Assembly: GCA_040954595.2 (NCBI GenBank)
Contig: CM082592.2
Location: 3,178,735-3,242,734 of the forward strand
Origin: Balanoglossus misakiensis
Lineage: Eukaryota > Animalia > Hemichordata
Direction of reading: 5' to 3'
DNA length: 64,000 nucleotides
The notes below the pieces were generated by a model that had not been told where the DNA came from, ran no database searches, and saw nothing but the letters and a program-made list of their open reading frames with translations. The translations under genes and the position numbers were made by a program. Shown one piece after another: positions 26,101 through 39,400 of this stretch. The stretch's first letter is position 1; the number at the start of each line of letters is the position of its first letter.

Positions 26101-29100
26101 CTCATTTTGATAGACATGACTGTATATATTAATTAAAATGGTTGTATAATACACAGTTGTAAATTTACCTTCTCCAACCAAATTGAAGTAAAGTATCGTT
26201 GATTTGTTTTTCACAGGTGTGGCCATATTTGTTAGGTCACTATGACTTTGGTTGGGTCGAAGAGGATAGAAATAGACATGATGAATCAATGAGGCAAACT
26301 TACGAACAGACCATGACAGAGTGGCTTGCAGTGGAGGCCATTGTCAAACAGCGCGACCGTGAAATTCAAGCTGCAAATCTTGCCAAACTGTCGTCGGATA
26401 ACAGCTTAGACGAACAGATACCGCTACACAGAGAGGCGTCGCAGGATAACGATCTTGAAAACGACGTCTTTGAAGTCGAGGATGACGGAGAATATCTGCA
26501 GAATGGAACTGTGTCCGAGAGAGTGCAAATGGAGGATGGCGAGAACGACGCAGAGGTCAAGGAGATTCTGGCGGCGATACCGAAGTCCGAAGCCCACGAG
26601 ATACCGCGTAGCAAAAGCCCGAGGCAAGACACACTGGAGACAGAGAGTGGGAGGAGCTTAAGCGAGAATGTGGATCTGGAGAGTGTCAGTCAGAAGAGCT
26701 CTCCTCATGATAGCGACGAAGGCATCGGACATTTATACAACAGAAATTTACAGGACGAAGGAGCTGAAGAGACGGAGAACAACAGCAGCGAATCTTGCCA
26801 CAGTTACAAAACTGACCGAGAAGTTGAAATCCTCAAAGAAGACAAAGTGGGCAACGGAGAAATGTCCGGCATTCAACCGATCGAAGTGAATACAATCAGT
26901 GGCAGTCAAGAGAGAGATGATGTAGAAGACTTTGGTGTGGAAAAAGGAGAACCAAGTGGTCTTCATGTTCCAGATAGTTTAGATGCTAGCAGTCATCTAT
27001 CAGCTGATTCCACAGCTGTCTCTCCTGTGTCCTCAAGTGGTGGAGTCTACTCAGTGAGTATTGCATCTCTTCTCTTACCATTACAGATTTGTTCGAAGTT
27101 TGTCAAATAAGGTTCTCTAAATCTGCATCATGGATGAATGTTTATATCGTCCCCCCCCCCCTTCCTCCTCTCTCTTATCCCTCCCTCCCTTGCTCTCACT
27201 TGCACTCTCTCTCTCCCTCACTATCTCTCAATCTCACTCCCCCTCTTTCTTTTTCCTCTCTCTCTCCCACTCTCCTGCTCTCCCCCCCCCTCTCTCTCTC
27301 TCTCTCCATCTCTCCCTCTCCCCATCAACTTGTCAACTTAATTTGTAATAGAGATGTAAGACACTGATTTCTTTTATTTTATATTGTAGACTGACCTCCT
27401 GGACTGTTTTGGTTTGAACCTTCATCGCATCGAAAAAGATGTCCAACGCTGTGATAGGAACTATTATTACTTCACGACTGCAAATTTGGAGAAATTACGA
27501 AATGTTATGTGTACATATGTGTGGGAACACCTTGATGTTGGATATGTCCAAGGGATGTGTGATTTGGTAGCGCCCTTGTTGGTGATTTTTGACGATGGTA
27601 AGTAAAAACAATGATCAAATCTATGCCACAAATAACAAAAGTCAACATGAATTTGAGCTCAGTTCCGTCATCACTGATCTAGTAGCAAGAGGTTGCTTTT
27701 GCCTGCCTGCTATGTAGATGTAGTAAAGGGATTTTGTCAACATTTTGGATTCGCCTTTGTATGATAAAAATCTGTAATAATATATAGTGTTTACTGCATT
27801 ATTTTTTGAAATATGTACAAGGCAGTGACTTAAGTCGATAATTGAAGGAAACTGCTGAGTAACAGAATACGTTTGTTTACCCGAGGGACTGTGTTCGCCC
27901 CAAAACAGTCTGTTTCCTGAGGCTGTTACCTTAATATTGCCAGTCAATGTCTTTTATAACACACCTCATCTGCTGTCAGTATCACAAAAATTGGGAACAT
28001 TTCTTCACTGTCATCAAGTTGGCTCGGTCGCAGACAACATCGTCATCTTAGTTTTGTGGAGTGCGCGTGCGTTCACGGTGCTTCCCATCTTGACAAGGCA
28101 ACACTTTTTGCCTGTCAGTCAACAGTGCCAAATTGATGCACATCATGTGACTGCGCATTGGCGAATCAAAGCACAGACTACGGACGTTTGATTGTAATAC
28201 AATTGAAAGTCATTTGGATTTTAATATTGGTGCTGATTTCATCTTAGAAAATTGAGGAGTGGAATTATTGCTGACAATTATTTTCCATTCTTTTTTCAGA
28301 GGCTAAAACTTACAGTTGCTTTTGTGAACTAATGAAGAGGATGGCCAAGAATTTCCCACATGGTGGAGCTATGGACTCCCATTTTGCGAATATGAGATCT
28401 CTTATTCAGGTATTTACTTATTTGTTTTGAAAACCCATGCATATCCCTACGTACTGACCGAATGTGAAAACTTTCAGTTGTGGTTCATGACTTTGATTTC
28501 AAAAATAACAGTGTTACCTGTTATCATAAGAGTTTTCTCTTTCTGTGCGAACACATCAATGCCATCAGTCTTGGGGTTCCCCTAGATCAAAATGTTTCAA
28601 TGGAAACCAAATCTTATATCCATTTAAATATAGTTGAATCAAGGACTTGTAAATCAAAAGGCTTAAAGGGGAAACAGAAAAAAGGCCTTAACATTATTAC
28701 TTTTTGTTGCTTAGATCCTGGATTCAGAGATGTTTGAATTGATGCACCAGAATGGGGACTACACACACTTCTACTTTTGTTACCGTTGGTTTTTGCTGGA
28801 CTTCAAAAGAGGTATATGGTCTTTTTTGTATAAAAATTGTGTGGTTGATATGTATATGTTTTCAGTATTTCTGTGTGTATTTGCACCATCTATCCTGAAT
28901 AACAGTGCATTTTTAGGTCCCATTGGTATAGGCATATATACCATGGGACCTTATGGGATCGGTTGCGTCTGTATGTATGTATGGATGTATGTATGGATGT
29001 ATGGATGTATGGATGGATGTATGTCTGTATGTCCGTCCACATCAAAAACTTGAAAACCGCTGCGCGTATCATCTCAATATTTGGTGTGTAGGTGCAGGCT

Positions 29101-31052
29101 GGGCTGTAGATGGGAGTTTGTCCAAACGAAGTTGCCAGGCCCAAAAATATGCAAATTAGCTGGAAAAATGTGAAATTTATCAAAACTCTGAAAGTCAACA
29201 ACTACTCGTCAGATTGCTTTAAAAATTGGTATGCATGTACCTTATGTCAACCTCACATCGTCCTGTAAGTGTTAAGTTAATATCATCGATGTTTTATTTT
29301 TTATGAATTTTTTAGTCTTTTTATTAAATTTATACCTTTACTTATACCTCTATGGTTAAGCTATGTCCACGTCTTATTGTGGAATTCTGGTCTGTGCAAT
29401 AGTCCTGTACAGTGACTGTCTATTGGTCGGTGAGCACAATGGGGCAAAAATAAAAGGCAAAATTTTGGACTCGCCTGTAACACCTGCTTAACACATTAAT
29501 TATGTGCATACCTAATTCCGGGCTAACTAATAGGGCTAGAGGTTTCGTTCTTGTGGGACATGGACCAGTATAGGGTCAAAATTTCTTGCCCAAATTTTGG
29601 GTGACCTCAGGTGACCTTTGACCTACTTTCCTATATCTCGGCATCCAGAGCAGGTACAGACTTGGCGTTTGGAGGGTTGGGACTAAAATTGAAAAGCCAA
29701 AATATTGGTCAATTGTGACACCTGCATATCTCATTTATTATGTGCATGCCTAATTCCAGGCTAACCAATAGGGCTATAGGTTTGGTTTTTGTTGAACATG
29801 GACCAGTATAGGGTCAAAATTTCTTGCCCAAATTTTGCATGACTTCAGGTGACCTTTGACCTACTTTACAATTTCTTGGCATCCAGAGCAGGTACAGACT
29901 TGGCGTTCGGAGGGTTGGGACTAAAATTGAAAAGCCAAAATCGGGGGTCACCTGTGACACCTGCATATCTCATTAATTATGTGCATACCTAATTCCAGGC
30001 TAACCAATAGGGCTATAGGTTTGGTTTTTGTTGAACATGGACCAGTATAGGGTCAAAATTTCTTGCCCAAATTTTGCATGACCTCAGGTGACCTTTGACG
30101 TACTTTATCATATCTTGGCATCCAGAGCAGATATGCTTATTGCTATGTTGCTATGTGCTATGTTGGCTTGGGCCCGATATTGCTGCTTGCAGATCTGCTC
30201 GCAATGTCACCTGTAATTTTTATTCTGGTGTGTCACTGTTTCCGCATAATCCTCAAATGGGACCACAGTGTCCTTGACGCTATTTTTAAATTGTTTGATA
30301 AGTTACCTTGTTGCTAGCCTGGTCTCCATACCCAGTGTGTTTTAGATAGACTCATTCACAAGGGTCTGGCCATGCAGTCAACTCTCTTCGATTTTGAAGA
30401 TCTGCATGTCAATAGTTACATTTCATTGTTTATATATGTCTTGCTTACCTGGTATGCCTATTTATTATTTTGCTGATTGTGTTTTGACAGAAATGGTATA
30501 CGACGATACATTTGCCATTTGGGAGACCATATGGGCCGCAAAGCATGTTGCTTCAAGTCATTTTGTCTTGTTCATTGCCTTGGCACTGGTGGAATACTAT
30601 CGAGATATTATCTTGGATAACAACATGGATTTCACAGACATAATCAAATTTTTCAATGGTAAGTAGAGCGTCAAGTACGAAAAGTGAAATTTCATGGCAA
30701 AATTTGACATAATTTTCATATGTACCAAGGTGGGTGCTTTGGTAAGAAGCACCATGTTCAGACACCTTGGCTCTAAAGCATCGTGGCCTGGGGTGTTGAG
30801 AGTTTTGGACTCGCTAGAACCCACGATCCTTCAATCATGAGTCCATCGCTCTTGACCACTCTACTTCAGTTACTTATGTCTTGGTGTTTTGCCAACTGTC
30901 AGCAGGTCTCTGCATTAATATCTTCAAATTTTCACGTTGCAAATGAACTCTTTATCTCCACAGAAATGGCAGAGCGACACGACGCCAAAGCTGTTTTGAA
31001 AATTGCCAGAGACTTGGTTTTCAAGCTGCAGACTTTAATTGAAAACAAGTGA
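13750..31052 (+). CDS. SGSM1: Small G protein signaling modulator 1/2 (RUN + TBC Rab-GAP), ~1090 aa; exons 13750-13765, 13887-13930, 15069-15144, 15637-15805, 16098-16226, 16753-16820, 17273-17424, 17725-17859, 18087-18217, 22539-22606, 23011-23313, 23757-23949, 24134-24198, 24977-25122, 25693-25761, 26217-27053, 27390-27597, 28300-28409, 28715-28811, 30491-30658, 30964-31052
   Basis: [123 protein letters not shown] motifs [12 protein letters not shown] / GYVQGMCDL, and C-terminus [25 protein letters not shown]. The 3273 nt are in frame with GT-AG introns. Likely co-orthologue of vertebrate SGSM1 and SGSM2. Confidence 0.95.
17103..17174. repeat. (CAT)n microsatellite, ~24 units, intronic
   Basis: Uninterrupted CAT run in SGSM intron 6. 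Confidence 0.95.
18241..18428. mobile_element. TACTGTAAAAC-family MITE, copy 2
   Basis: TACTGTAAAACGGGAAATTTTC ... GAAAATTTCCTGTTTTACGGTA; internal similarity to 384-598 in inverse orientation. Confidence 0.7.
18600..19900 (-). mobile_element. Degraded DIRS-like (tyrosine recombinase) retrotransposon in SGSM intron 9
   Basis: Minus-strand fragments: [24 protein letters not shown] (~19160-19235), [21 protein letters not shown] (~19060-19128), [64 protein letters not shown] (~18625-18855), i.e. the R / HxxR / W / Y catalytic set. A gag-like [31 protein letters not shown] lies at ~19690-19800. Contains stops and frameshifts. Confidence 0.8.
20533..20620. repeat. (GGT/GAT)n low-complexity tract
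   Basis: Imperfect trinucleotide repeats. Confidence 0.7.
20840..22095 (-). mobile_element. 5' fragment of a LINE (ORF1 + start of APE endonuclease), degraded
   Basis: ORF1-like [48 protein letters not shown] (21492-21770), followed by endonuclease-like [29 protein letters not shown] (20847-21145). Confidence 0.75.
22163..22347. mobile_element. TTAA-flanked MITE (AGGTATAC termini), copy 2
   Basis: TTAA at 22159-22162 and 22348-22351; body nearly identical to 161-344. Confidence 0.8.
25144..25351. mobile_element. TACTGTAAAAC-family MITE, copy 3
   Basis: TAAAACGGGTTATTTTCGC / GCGAAAATAACCCGTTTTA inverted termini. Confidence 0.7.
27150..27325. repeat. CT-rich polypyrimidine low-complexity tract
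   Basis: Nearly pure C/T run in SGSM intron 16. Confidence 0.85.
28910..30287 (+). mobile_element. Helentron/DINE-1-like non-autonomous element (HINE architecture) with internal tandem repeats
   Basis: 5' T-run, GGTCCCAT..ATGGGACC stem, (GTAT/GGAT)n microsatellite, central ~238-bp repeats, 3' ATGGGACC plus short stem-loop AGTGTC-CTT-GACGCT, then a T-run. A shorter copy lies at 33478-33826. Confidence 0.6.
29445..30132. repeat. Tandem repeat, 238-239-bp unit, ~2.9 copies
   Basis: GGACCAGTATAGGGTCAAAATTTCTTGCCCAAATTTTG recurs at 29562, 29800 and 30039. Confidence 0.9.
30715..30862 (-). mobile_element. Degenerate tRNA-derived SINE head
   Basis: Minus strand AGTGGTCAAGAGCGATGGACTCATGATTGAAGGATCGTGGGTTCTAG resembles pol III A box, anticodon arm and B box, but there is no complete cloverleaf. 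Confidence 0.45.
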
Positions 31053-33477
31053 AGCAAGACATATCACTGTGAATATGCTCCCAACAACATATCTAAGGAT
31101 GGTTATTGCATGTTATGTCTTTTAAAGTCTGCAGGTAAATGTCATGTGGCAAATAGTGTATCTTAATTAGTAAATAAATGTTTGATGTCCAGGATTTGCT
31201 TGAATTAGGATGGCAGTTTTTAGAATAACAACACATTGCTGTCTTTCTTCTGGATTCAATGTGGTCTTATATAAATCAAGAATTTTATGAAATGAGAATG
31301 ATACTGCCTTGTAGCCATAATGTGGTGTGATTGCCATAATGGAAGATAATTACAATTAGTACAAGAGAGTGAGTGAATGAGTGAGTGAAAGAAAGAAAGA
31401 CAGAAATCATGATAAAATTACAGATTAAGATTTAACATTTGTGTGAACACGTGTCCTGTCAAAACTTGTTTGTATAGAAAATATACAATATACTTAAAGA
31501 ATGAGTTTATTCTGTGTGAAGGATTATTCTGAAGATTGAAGTTACATTGTTGTAGTTACAGTTGCAGTCAAGAAATAAGAGTTTATTGATTTATGAAGAT
31601 TATCTATTTTAAGATGGAAATATTATGTAAGTTAAAAGTACTATATGTAAAAAATTTACCTTTTGTGTTTCACTGTCTGTTGTAGTTAGTAGAAAGGCAG
31701 ATAACTAAAACCAGTTCAAGTTTTTTGCCCTGAGTTTGGTTATTGAAAGTGCAAAGGAAGTGTACATGTACAGTGTGTTGAACGGTCCATTAACATGTAA
31801 TATTTAAATCAATGTACAATATACTGGTATTAGATGTAGCAAAAACATCAATTTTTAAGGTGTTTTAATTTCACATAGATTTTAATCTCTTGATAACTAC
31901 GGCCAAGTTAAAAGCTCATGATATTCGCAAATATGCAGTGAAATTAAATCTCAGTGAAAATTAATGCTTTCGATCTATGTGGAAATAGCTGTGTGTATAG
32001 ATTATTTACTGATGTCTTTGTTTTTAAAAAGTTTAGACTTGACTGATTTACCAGTGTAACATAATGTGTGTTGGATGTAGAATTTAAAAAAATAATCATT
32101 GCACACAATCGAGAGTTTGTCTGCAGCCAATTGCAGAGAAAGATCTCACAGGAAACATAATGAAAACGAATTATGATAGCCTTGTCATTGCATATCATCT
32201 TGTTTATTATATCTGTGTTCGTATATAAACTGCAGTCGTCATAATATATGTGGCCCTCACTGTAGGTGTATTGGTAGTCCTAGAAATATGTAGTTTAGAT
32301 AATATTAACTGTAGTAAAAGCAAGATATTCGCCTGGTATACTCTTCGTCCTCATGTAACCATAAATGCTATAATCATTTTAATTGGGTATAGCTGTCTTT
32401 GATCACTGTTGTAGAATTGATCCTGCAACCTGCAGAGGACTAAATATTTGCCTATCCTATATCATATACTAGTAGGCTATATAAAGGTCTATTGTTTGTG
32501 TCTATATAAATGCCCATGTCAACAGATAGGATATGGCCAACGTAAAATTGTGGAGTGTGATTCCAAGATTTGGCCATGCTAGGGTGGCTTTCCCTTTGAA
32601 TAGTTGTGAGTTTGATTGTAAAATGTTACGGTGAAACAGGTTGTAGCAACAATAGGGAAATAGGTTCGTCAGTCAGATTGCTGTCATACATTCTTATTCT
32701 ACACATGGAAACAATATCAAACTTTTTCTGACACTGCCAGTGACTTGTAATGCCTCTTATCACAAAGCCCTGTCTATCTCTATGGACTGGCATGTGTGAC
32801 CCTTGACCTGCCTTCAGTCCACACCAATGACCCCTCCCTCTTCAGTCAAGGTATAGGTCTCGCCTCCAAACCAGATCAGATAGTTAAATCACCATCTTCT
32901 TTTGACAGTGCATAATGTAAGTTAACACCCAGACCAATGAGGGTTTTCTCATTTCCTTTAAAGCTGACACTGAAGGATTTGATTTATGTCGACTGCACTT
33001 GCGTGTATATTTGAAAGTTACTGCCATTTTGAAACTCAAATCATGTAACAAAACACAATTAGAAAGCAATGTCAAAGGCTAGGACAAGATTTAGCAATGC
33101 TCAAAACAATTGCATGAAAGTCTAATTTGAGAAATCTTTGCTGAAGACAACATACCCATCAGGTGACAGTGACCGTTCGACTGATGGCTTAAATACGATG
33201 GGCGACATCATTGTATATTTGTGAAGAATAGATTAAATGTAGAATTGTGATATTTAAGTTTGTACATAAGTGAGCTATTTTTAGTTATTGTCCAATAGAT
33301 TTTAATTTTATGACAGTGCGAAGACATAGTTTCTCTATGTCAGTTTGTATATATTTTTGTCAATAAGTATTTATGTTTACCGTGCAATACTATCGTGCAG
33401 GTTATGACAATGTATCTCCATTTTGTCTCCCATTAGTGAGTATATTGTCTTGCAATATACATGTATATACATATATG

Positions 33478-33826
33478 TTTTTTTAGGTCCCATTTGGTAT
33501 ATATATATACCATGGGACCTTATGGGATTGGTTGCGTCTGTATGTATGGATGTATGTCCGTCTACATCAAATACTTGGAAACCACTGTGCGTATCACCTT
33601 GATATTTGGTGTGTAGATGCAAGCTGGGCGTTCAAATGAAGTTGTCATTGCCAAAAATATGCAAATTAGCTGGAAAAATGTGAAATTGGTCAAAACTCGG
33701 AATCTCAACAATATATTTATTTATGGTTTGGTCATATCTGCTCGCCAATGTCACCTGTGATTTCTATTCTGGTGTATCATTTCCGTGTAATCCTCAAATA
33801 GGACCACAGTGTCCTTGACACTATGT
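33478..33826 (+). mobile_element. Short copy of the Helentron/DINE-like element lacking the central satellite
   Basis: Shares the 5' (TTTTAGGTCCCAT..ATGGGACCTTATGGGAT..) and 3' (..CCTCAAAT.GGACCACAGTGTCCTTGACACT) modules with 28910-30287. Confidence 0.7.
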
Positions 33827-34379
33827 TTGTTTAGTATGTACTCATTATACATTAAATGATGTAATTTTGTTTTGTCTTAGATAAGGAATCCTGCATAAAA
33901 ATTCAGCTTGGGCAAGTCCTGTTTAATACAAGAACAGTATGATCTGTAAATTTTGAATCTGACATATTTATGTAGTGTAGTGAAGTGACTCAGTTTTGGC
34001 TAATTGCGCAGGATTCCTGTTCAAATTTTAAGAATATGATGGTGATAACGTTCCCACATCATCTTCACATTGGACAGTTTACATGTACGTTGGCCCTAAA
34101 TGGTTGTGGGTCCAAGTAATCATTGTGGAAACACTATGTCAGATCAGAGCCAAACTAGTTTTGATGCAGGTACATGTATGAGAGGCTGCTGTCAACACAT
34201 GGCAACTTAATGCATCCACAAGTGCTAACTGATGGAAATCGTTTTGCGTTTGGTTACATGATTATGCATGCACAGAAACAAATCTTCAAAATGAGATGTG
34301 TGCATACTCTGTATAGTGGGTGACATGTAATATGGTGATGCTATCAAGTTAGCCTTCAATTGCAACTGGGTATTTGATC

Positions 34380-34558
34380 TATTGTAAAACGGGAAATTTT
34401 TGCAATATCAAAAGCGGCCACTGTTATGCGACGATTCATTTTCGCGTTCTTGTATTTCACTGCACTATCATTTTTATGCGACTTTTTATTTTCATGATTT
34501 TGGCTCTCGCGTAGTTCGCGAAAATTTATCGTTCATGAAAGATTCCTGTTTTACAGTA
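34380..34558. mobile_element. TACTGTAAAAC-family MITE, copy 4
   Basis: TGTAAAACGGGAA ... TTCCTGTTTTACAGTA termini and shared internal sequence. Confidence 0.65.
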
Positions 34559-35844
34559 TTTTGTCAGGCTGCCATTTTATTACAATCACTAAGACCAGCA
34601 ATCTCATTCAACCTTGACCTTCACACAAGGACATTACACTTGTACCATGACATACTTGTCACACATTAATTTGGTGAGCATTGATTGTGTGGGGCTGTAT
34701 CCATTGACAATGATTAATTATGATCATTTTGTAAGTTCTTCAGTTGCTAAGTGTTGGAATTACAGACGGATTCAGAGTACACTTGCATGTCAACCAATTA
34801 CTTTATTCAAAGTTGTAAGATATACAATTTTGATTTTAACTTTTGCTCCAAAGATATATTTGTTTTCCTGTTCTCACAGGCATTTTTCTCAAAGCATCCA
34901 ATGTAAATTTCCTTGTTTTATTTTCTCTGTTGGGAAAAAAGACAGTGTGATCTGCATGATGTGTACCTGCATGTTCATTAATGCATGGAATGACGGGATA
35001 ATGACAGCAACATTCAGGTACATTCAAATGGCATATGCATATTATTTTAAACTTTCCCTTTAATCAAACTACTGCCAGTTGTCACTATGTTTTGCGATGC
35101 TTCCTGACATGTGCTTGAAAAGGACCCTTCTGTAGCGATTATTGTATCTAATCCTATTCGCATGGGTCCAGTGTAAAACAACAGAGAAAACATTTGTCAT
35201 GACAGAATTGAATGTAATAGTTAACTTGTACAGTAGTGTAACTTATTGTTAATATTTGATGTACAATAAAACGTGGCATTGTTCGATTGTTGTAGATCAG
35301 TGTTTAAAATGAAAAAAAACTCGTCTGCACAACCGAGATGGATAACTTTTGCTCCAAAGTGTTGATGGATGACGAACGCAGGAGGATGACAGACTATCAC
35401 CCTGTCTGATAAGCTCTGCATCGATGATAGCAGAGCTAAAAATGCATTTCTGTCTCCAGGTGACTGGATTTTGCACTTGCAGCACTTGTGAAAAAACAAT
35501 AGAATAAATAATGGAGTGGGTTAATGGTAGTCTATTTTTCCCAAATTTTCTTTTCAAGATTTTGCTTCATCTTAGCAATTTCTGAACCTAAATTACACAC
35601 TGGTCTTCATGTCACGGCTGTAAGATTGTCTCTATGCAGCAGGGATCAAAATTTCTTGATAATATTTTGGGTGACCTTGGACCTATTTCTCCCTAAATCA
35701 GCACCAATAATAGATGCAGCCTTGTTATTTCAGGAGATAAAACTCCTGCTAGAGCATTATGTTTCTTCTCATTCAGCATGTGCATATCTAATTCCAGATC
35801 AGCGCTTGGGTCCCGGTAATGCTGCCTGCAGCTATAATTCTTCT

Positions 35845-36388
35845 TCAAACCGTTTCCATGATATTGGGCAGTCTTCGCTGTGTCAAGTTTATAAAAATGG
35901 ACATACAGGTCAACACAGCAAGACCAACAATAACCACCTGGGTCAGAAAAATCAGAAAATGGGAAAATAGTGTCATTATTTGATACCCTAATGCCTCTAA
36001 AATATTGGTGTATGGTAACATCAACAGTATTTGGGAAATTGGTATCACACACACTGGATAAACGTGAACATGAAGTCACAAATTAACCCACCTTGACACC
36101 TGAATTGTAATTGTTCCAAAAGTTTATTAGTTCCACACGGAGTAAAGCTAAAGTACATGGCAGAAATGATTCTTCCTTGTTATGGTCACGACATCTGCCA
36201 AAATAAAGAAAACCATAGACCGGTCATGACACTATATTGTTCTGACTTTTTTAAAAATGTTATGAAAATCAGAAAATGATTTTAAAGTGAGATCTTAAAT
36301 TTACATGACTTGTTACATAATAGTGTATACCTACACACGCACGCACGCACACACACACACACACACGCACGCGCGCGCACACACACAC

Positions 36389-36435
<47 letters not shown>

Positions 36436-39400
36436 GACAGACAGACAGATAGATGTGATTTGCCTGGCAATGATAATTTCACAGCCAAATAAGAGTGAAA
36501 GCAATACCTGTGGTACAACTCTTTGAGTAGTGTGTACTTGCTACTATTATAAACATGATTTGGTATTCCTAGAGATAGCCACGTTGACTCTCTTATGTCT
36601 GTATCTTCTTCTACCAGATATGCAAGATTGAATAAACCCTGCACCAAAAAAAGAAAAAAAGAAGAATTTTTCGGGGCTTGAAAACAATAGATATACAATA
36701 CAGTATCAGTATCTGCTACTATGCAGTACTGTTTCCACTAGAACCTCACTTAGTATCGTGATGACTTATCAATGTCCCAAGAAATATTAATCAAAATCAT
36801 AATACTCACATGTGGATCATTGGCTAGAGCTGCTTTAGTGTACATGTCTACAGCGCCAGAAATGTTTCGAGATCCTCTACAACCATACCAGTGAAAGTCT
36901 CCCATTTTGATAAGGGCTGTGCACAAGGAAAAGATATTACAATAAAATCAAAGCTACAGTATTGTTAAAACAAAGTTTTCGAGTACAAAAGTATTGTAAA
37001 AAGCTTTTTTAAAAATCTCCAATCATGCACCAAAAATCTTCTCCAAAACCACTTGCCCATTTGCTGTAAAAAAAATCATCTAGGGTATGCAGGGATGGCC
37101 TCTTTCAATTGTGTTCAAATCATGGTGAAAATTTCAATATTGTATTAAAACTACAATGTGAGGTGATGTTAAAAGAGATACATTTTCTCGTAAAATTGTT
37201 TCTTAAATGTTCCGATGGGGAAAGAAGTATTTTGCAAATTGATCAAATTAAAGCAATTAGCATACCATTCAAGCACAGTGACTGTCATTAACTTACCATG
37301 TGGATGGGGATAGTTTACTATAGTCGACAGGTTATAGAAGTGCCACACACATTCCTTTTCAATGAAGGCGACAAGTGAATCCTGTAATTTGAATTCACTT
37401 TAGTCGGTCATTTTAATATTACAGAGATTTCATCTTTGAAGTATATTTGGTAGAAGAATTTCACTCTCTTATAAAGTCATCCTGAATATACATCTAATCA
37501 AATGAGAATATCAGTCAGAGACACAAGGTGCATTGAAGTGAAGATAAACGGCAAAAATGTTTAAAATACAGAATAAATCCAATGTATGCCAACTGCAAAT
37601 CCATATGAAAAGCTGAATTTCAGCACAGACATTAAATTCAAGGGAATAACTTACATGGTTCTCTTCACAAAGGAAAGCCATATTAAACAAAGCAACCTCC
37701 AGTCCAGACTCTGCAGCCATTAGATAATAAATGTAGGCCTTAGACCTGGTTACATTACAAAAATATATTAAAGAAAAATCTCAGTTGAGCAACAAAAAAT
37801 GTTCTGAACATATTTGCATGTAAAATATTTGTTAGTTTGAGTTTCATAGACATTATTTTGCACGGGAAAGTGTACTAAAGACAGAAAAACCTTAGCACAA
37901 TTGCACTTTTGAATCACTTTTATCTGGGTGGTTTTTTCACATTTGATTTCTTTTCTTATCACGTATACTATAACAGGATCACCACAAGCTGTACATTTTC
38001 AGAAAGCTCATGGACTGATCTGAACTAAATTAAGGTAGTACACACCTAAAGAGATATAGTTTCAGAAAAATGAATCCCCAAAACTTTCAAACTTTCTTAT
38101 GAACTGGAGCTATACATATATGAAATATAACTTACCATGACTGATCCAAGTAACTGTCCACTCCCTGTTTGAGTAGAACACCCAATTCTGTACTGAACTG
38201 CTCAGCAATGTACCTGGCCCAACTGAAATAGAAAACAAAACTATTGATATACATGTGTGCCTTACAGACTCGTAATATGTTGGTTTGAAGTTTCAATTAT
38301 TCAAAGTGGCAGTCATGTTCTGCAAACTGGCATACCCTTGAAATTTATCGATCATTCTCCAAGTTACTATCATTTTTGACTATGGGATCAATTCCATTTC
38401 AAGCTGTTGGTCCAAAGACTTGTTTCAATTCTTCAATCCACAAATATTTGCGTGCATACATATTAACTTACACACAGACACACACACACACTGCACATAC
38501 ATATATATCTACATGCATGGAATTTATAACATAATCCACCATCATGATCATATAAAGATAAAAAACTTACATTACTGCATGATGTACATTTCTTTCAACA
38601 TGGTCTTTGACGCCTTGATTAAACAGTCGTGCTAAAACCAATCCACCATCTATATGCCCATTACCAGCTGCTTTATGGAATTTGTCAAAGGCTTTTTTCT
38701 GAAAACCAAAAGATGAAGGCACAAATTGTTTTAATTTTTTTTTTAGAATTAAGGCATTGATCACTGGTTTCACAAACTTTTGTAATAGGGTTCAAAACTG
38801 AAATTGCGTGTAGCTGACCAGTACCTGTTGGAAAAGCTGGGGGAAAAGCTGGGATGCATGTTGAAATGAATTGTTATGTGCTGATGACTACTTCTTCATA
38901 TGGTAATATAATTGTATATAATTTGTGTGTGTGGACACAACGCGACTCAAAGTATTAATGCTCTGTGTTTACCATAGGCAAATAGTGTCTGAAATTTTAC
39001 CCTGTGTGAACCTGGTATTAGGCTCATCTTGAGTGGCCTATATGTCCAAATTCAGTAATGTACATGAATATGTTAACTACCAACTTACAGGGTCAGCCTC
39101 TTCTCCAGGATAGGCACCCACATTGTAAAGGTGTCCCAAGTTATAGGCAGCATCTTTGTTTCCAAGCTCATCAGCCATCTCCCAGTAGTGTACAGCTTTG
39201 GACACATCACCTTCAATTGTTGAGGCATGCCATCCTAGAGCATTCAATGCTGGTGCATGGCCCTGATAATAAAATGAAAGAAAATAAAAATAAACTTCTA
39301 TAATACAAGTGCTATACTTGGCTCCTTTATCTCAACCTATATAAATCTACTTTATGCCTTCTGTTCAAATAATAATTAAGCAATAACCCCCGCCGCAGGC

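Noticed and set aside
26400-27053. Long acidic low-complexity insert in the SGSM TBC domain as a novelty
   Set aside because: Vertebrate SGSM1/2 also carry a long variable insert splitting the TBC domain, so it is expected.
27089-27367. Three overlapping Leu/Ser/Pro-rich ORFs
   Set aside because: CT-rich low-complexity intron sequence that simply lacks stop codons.
30715-30862. Possible tRNA gene on the minus strand
   Set aside because: A/B-box-like motifs are present but the acceptor stem and T arm are not intact; better explained as a SINE head.
36282-36526. ORFs with CV/HT dipeptide repeats
   Set aside because: Artefacts of the (CA)n microsatellite; only 36508-36638 is a real SEL1L3 exon.
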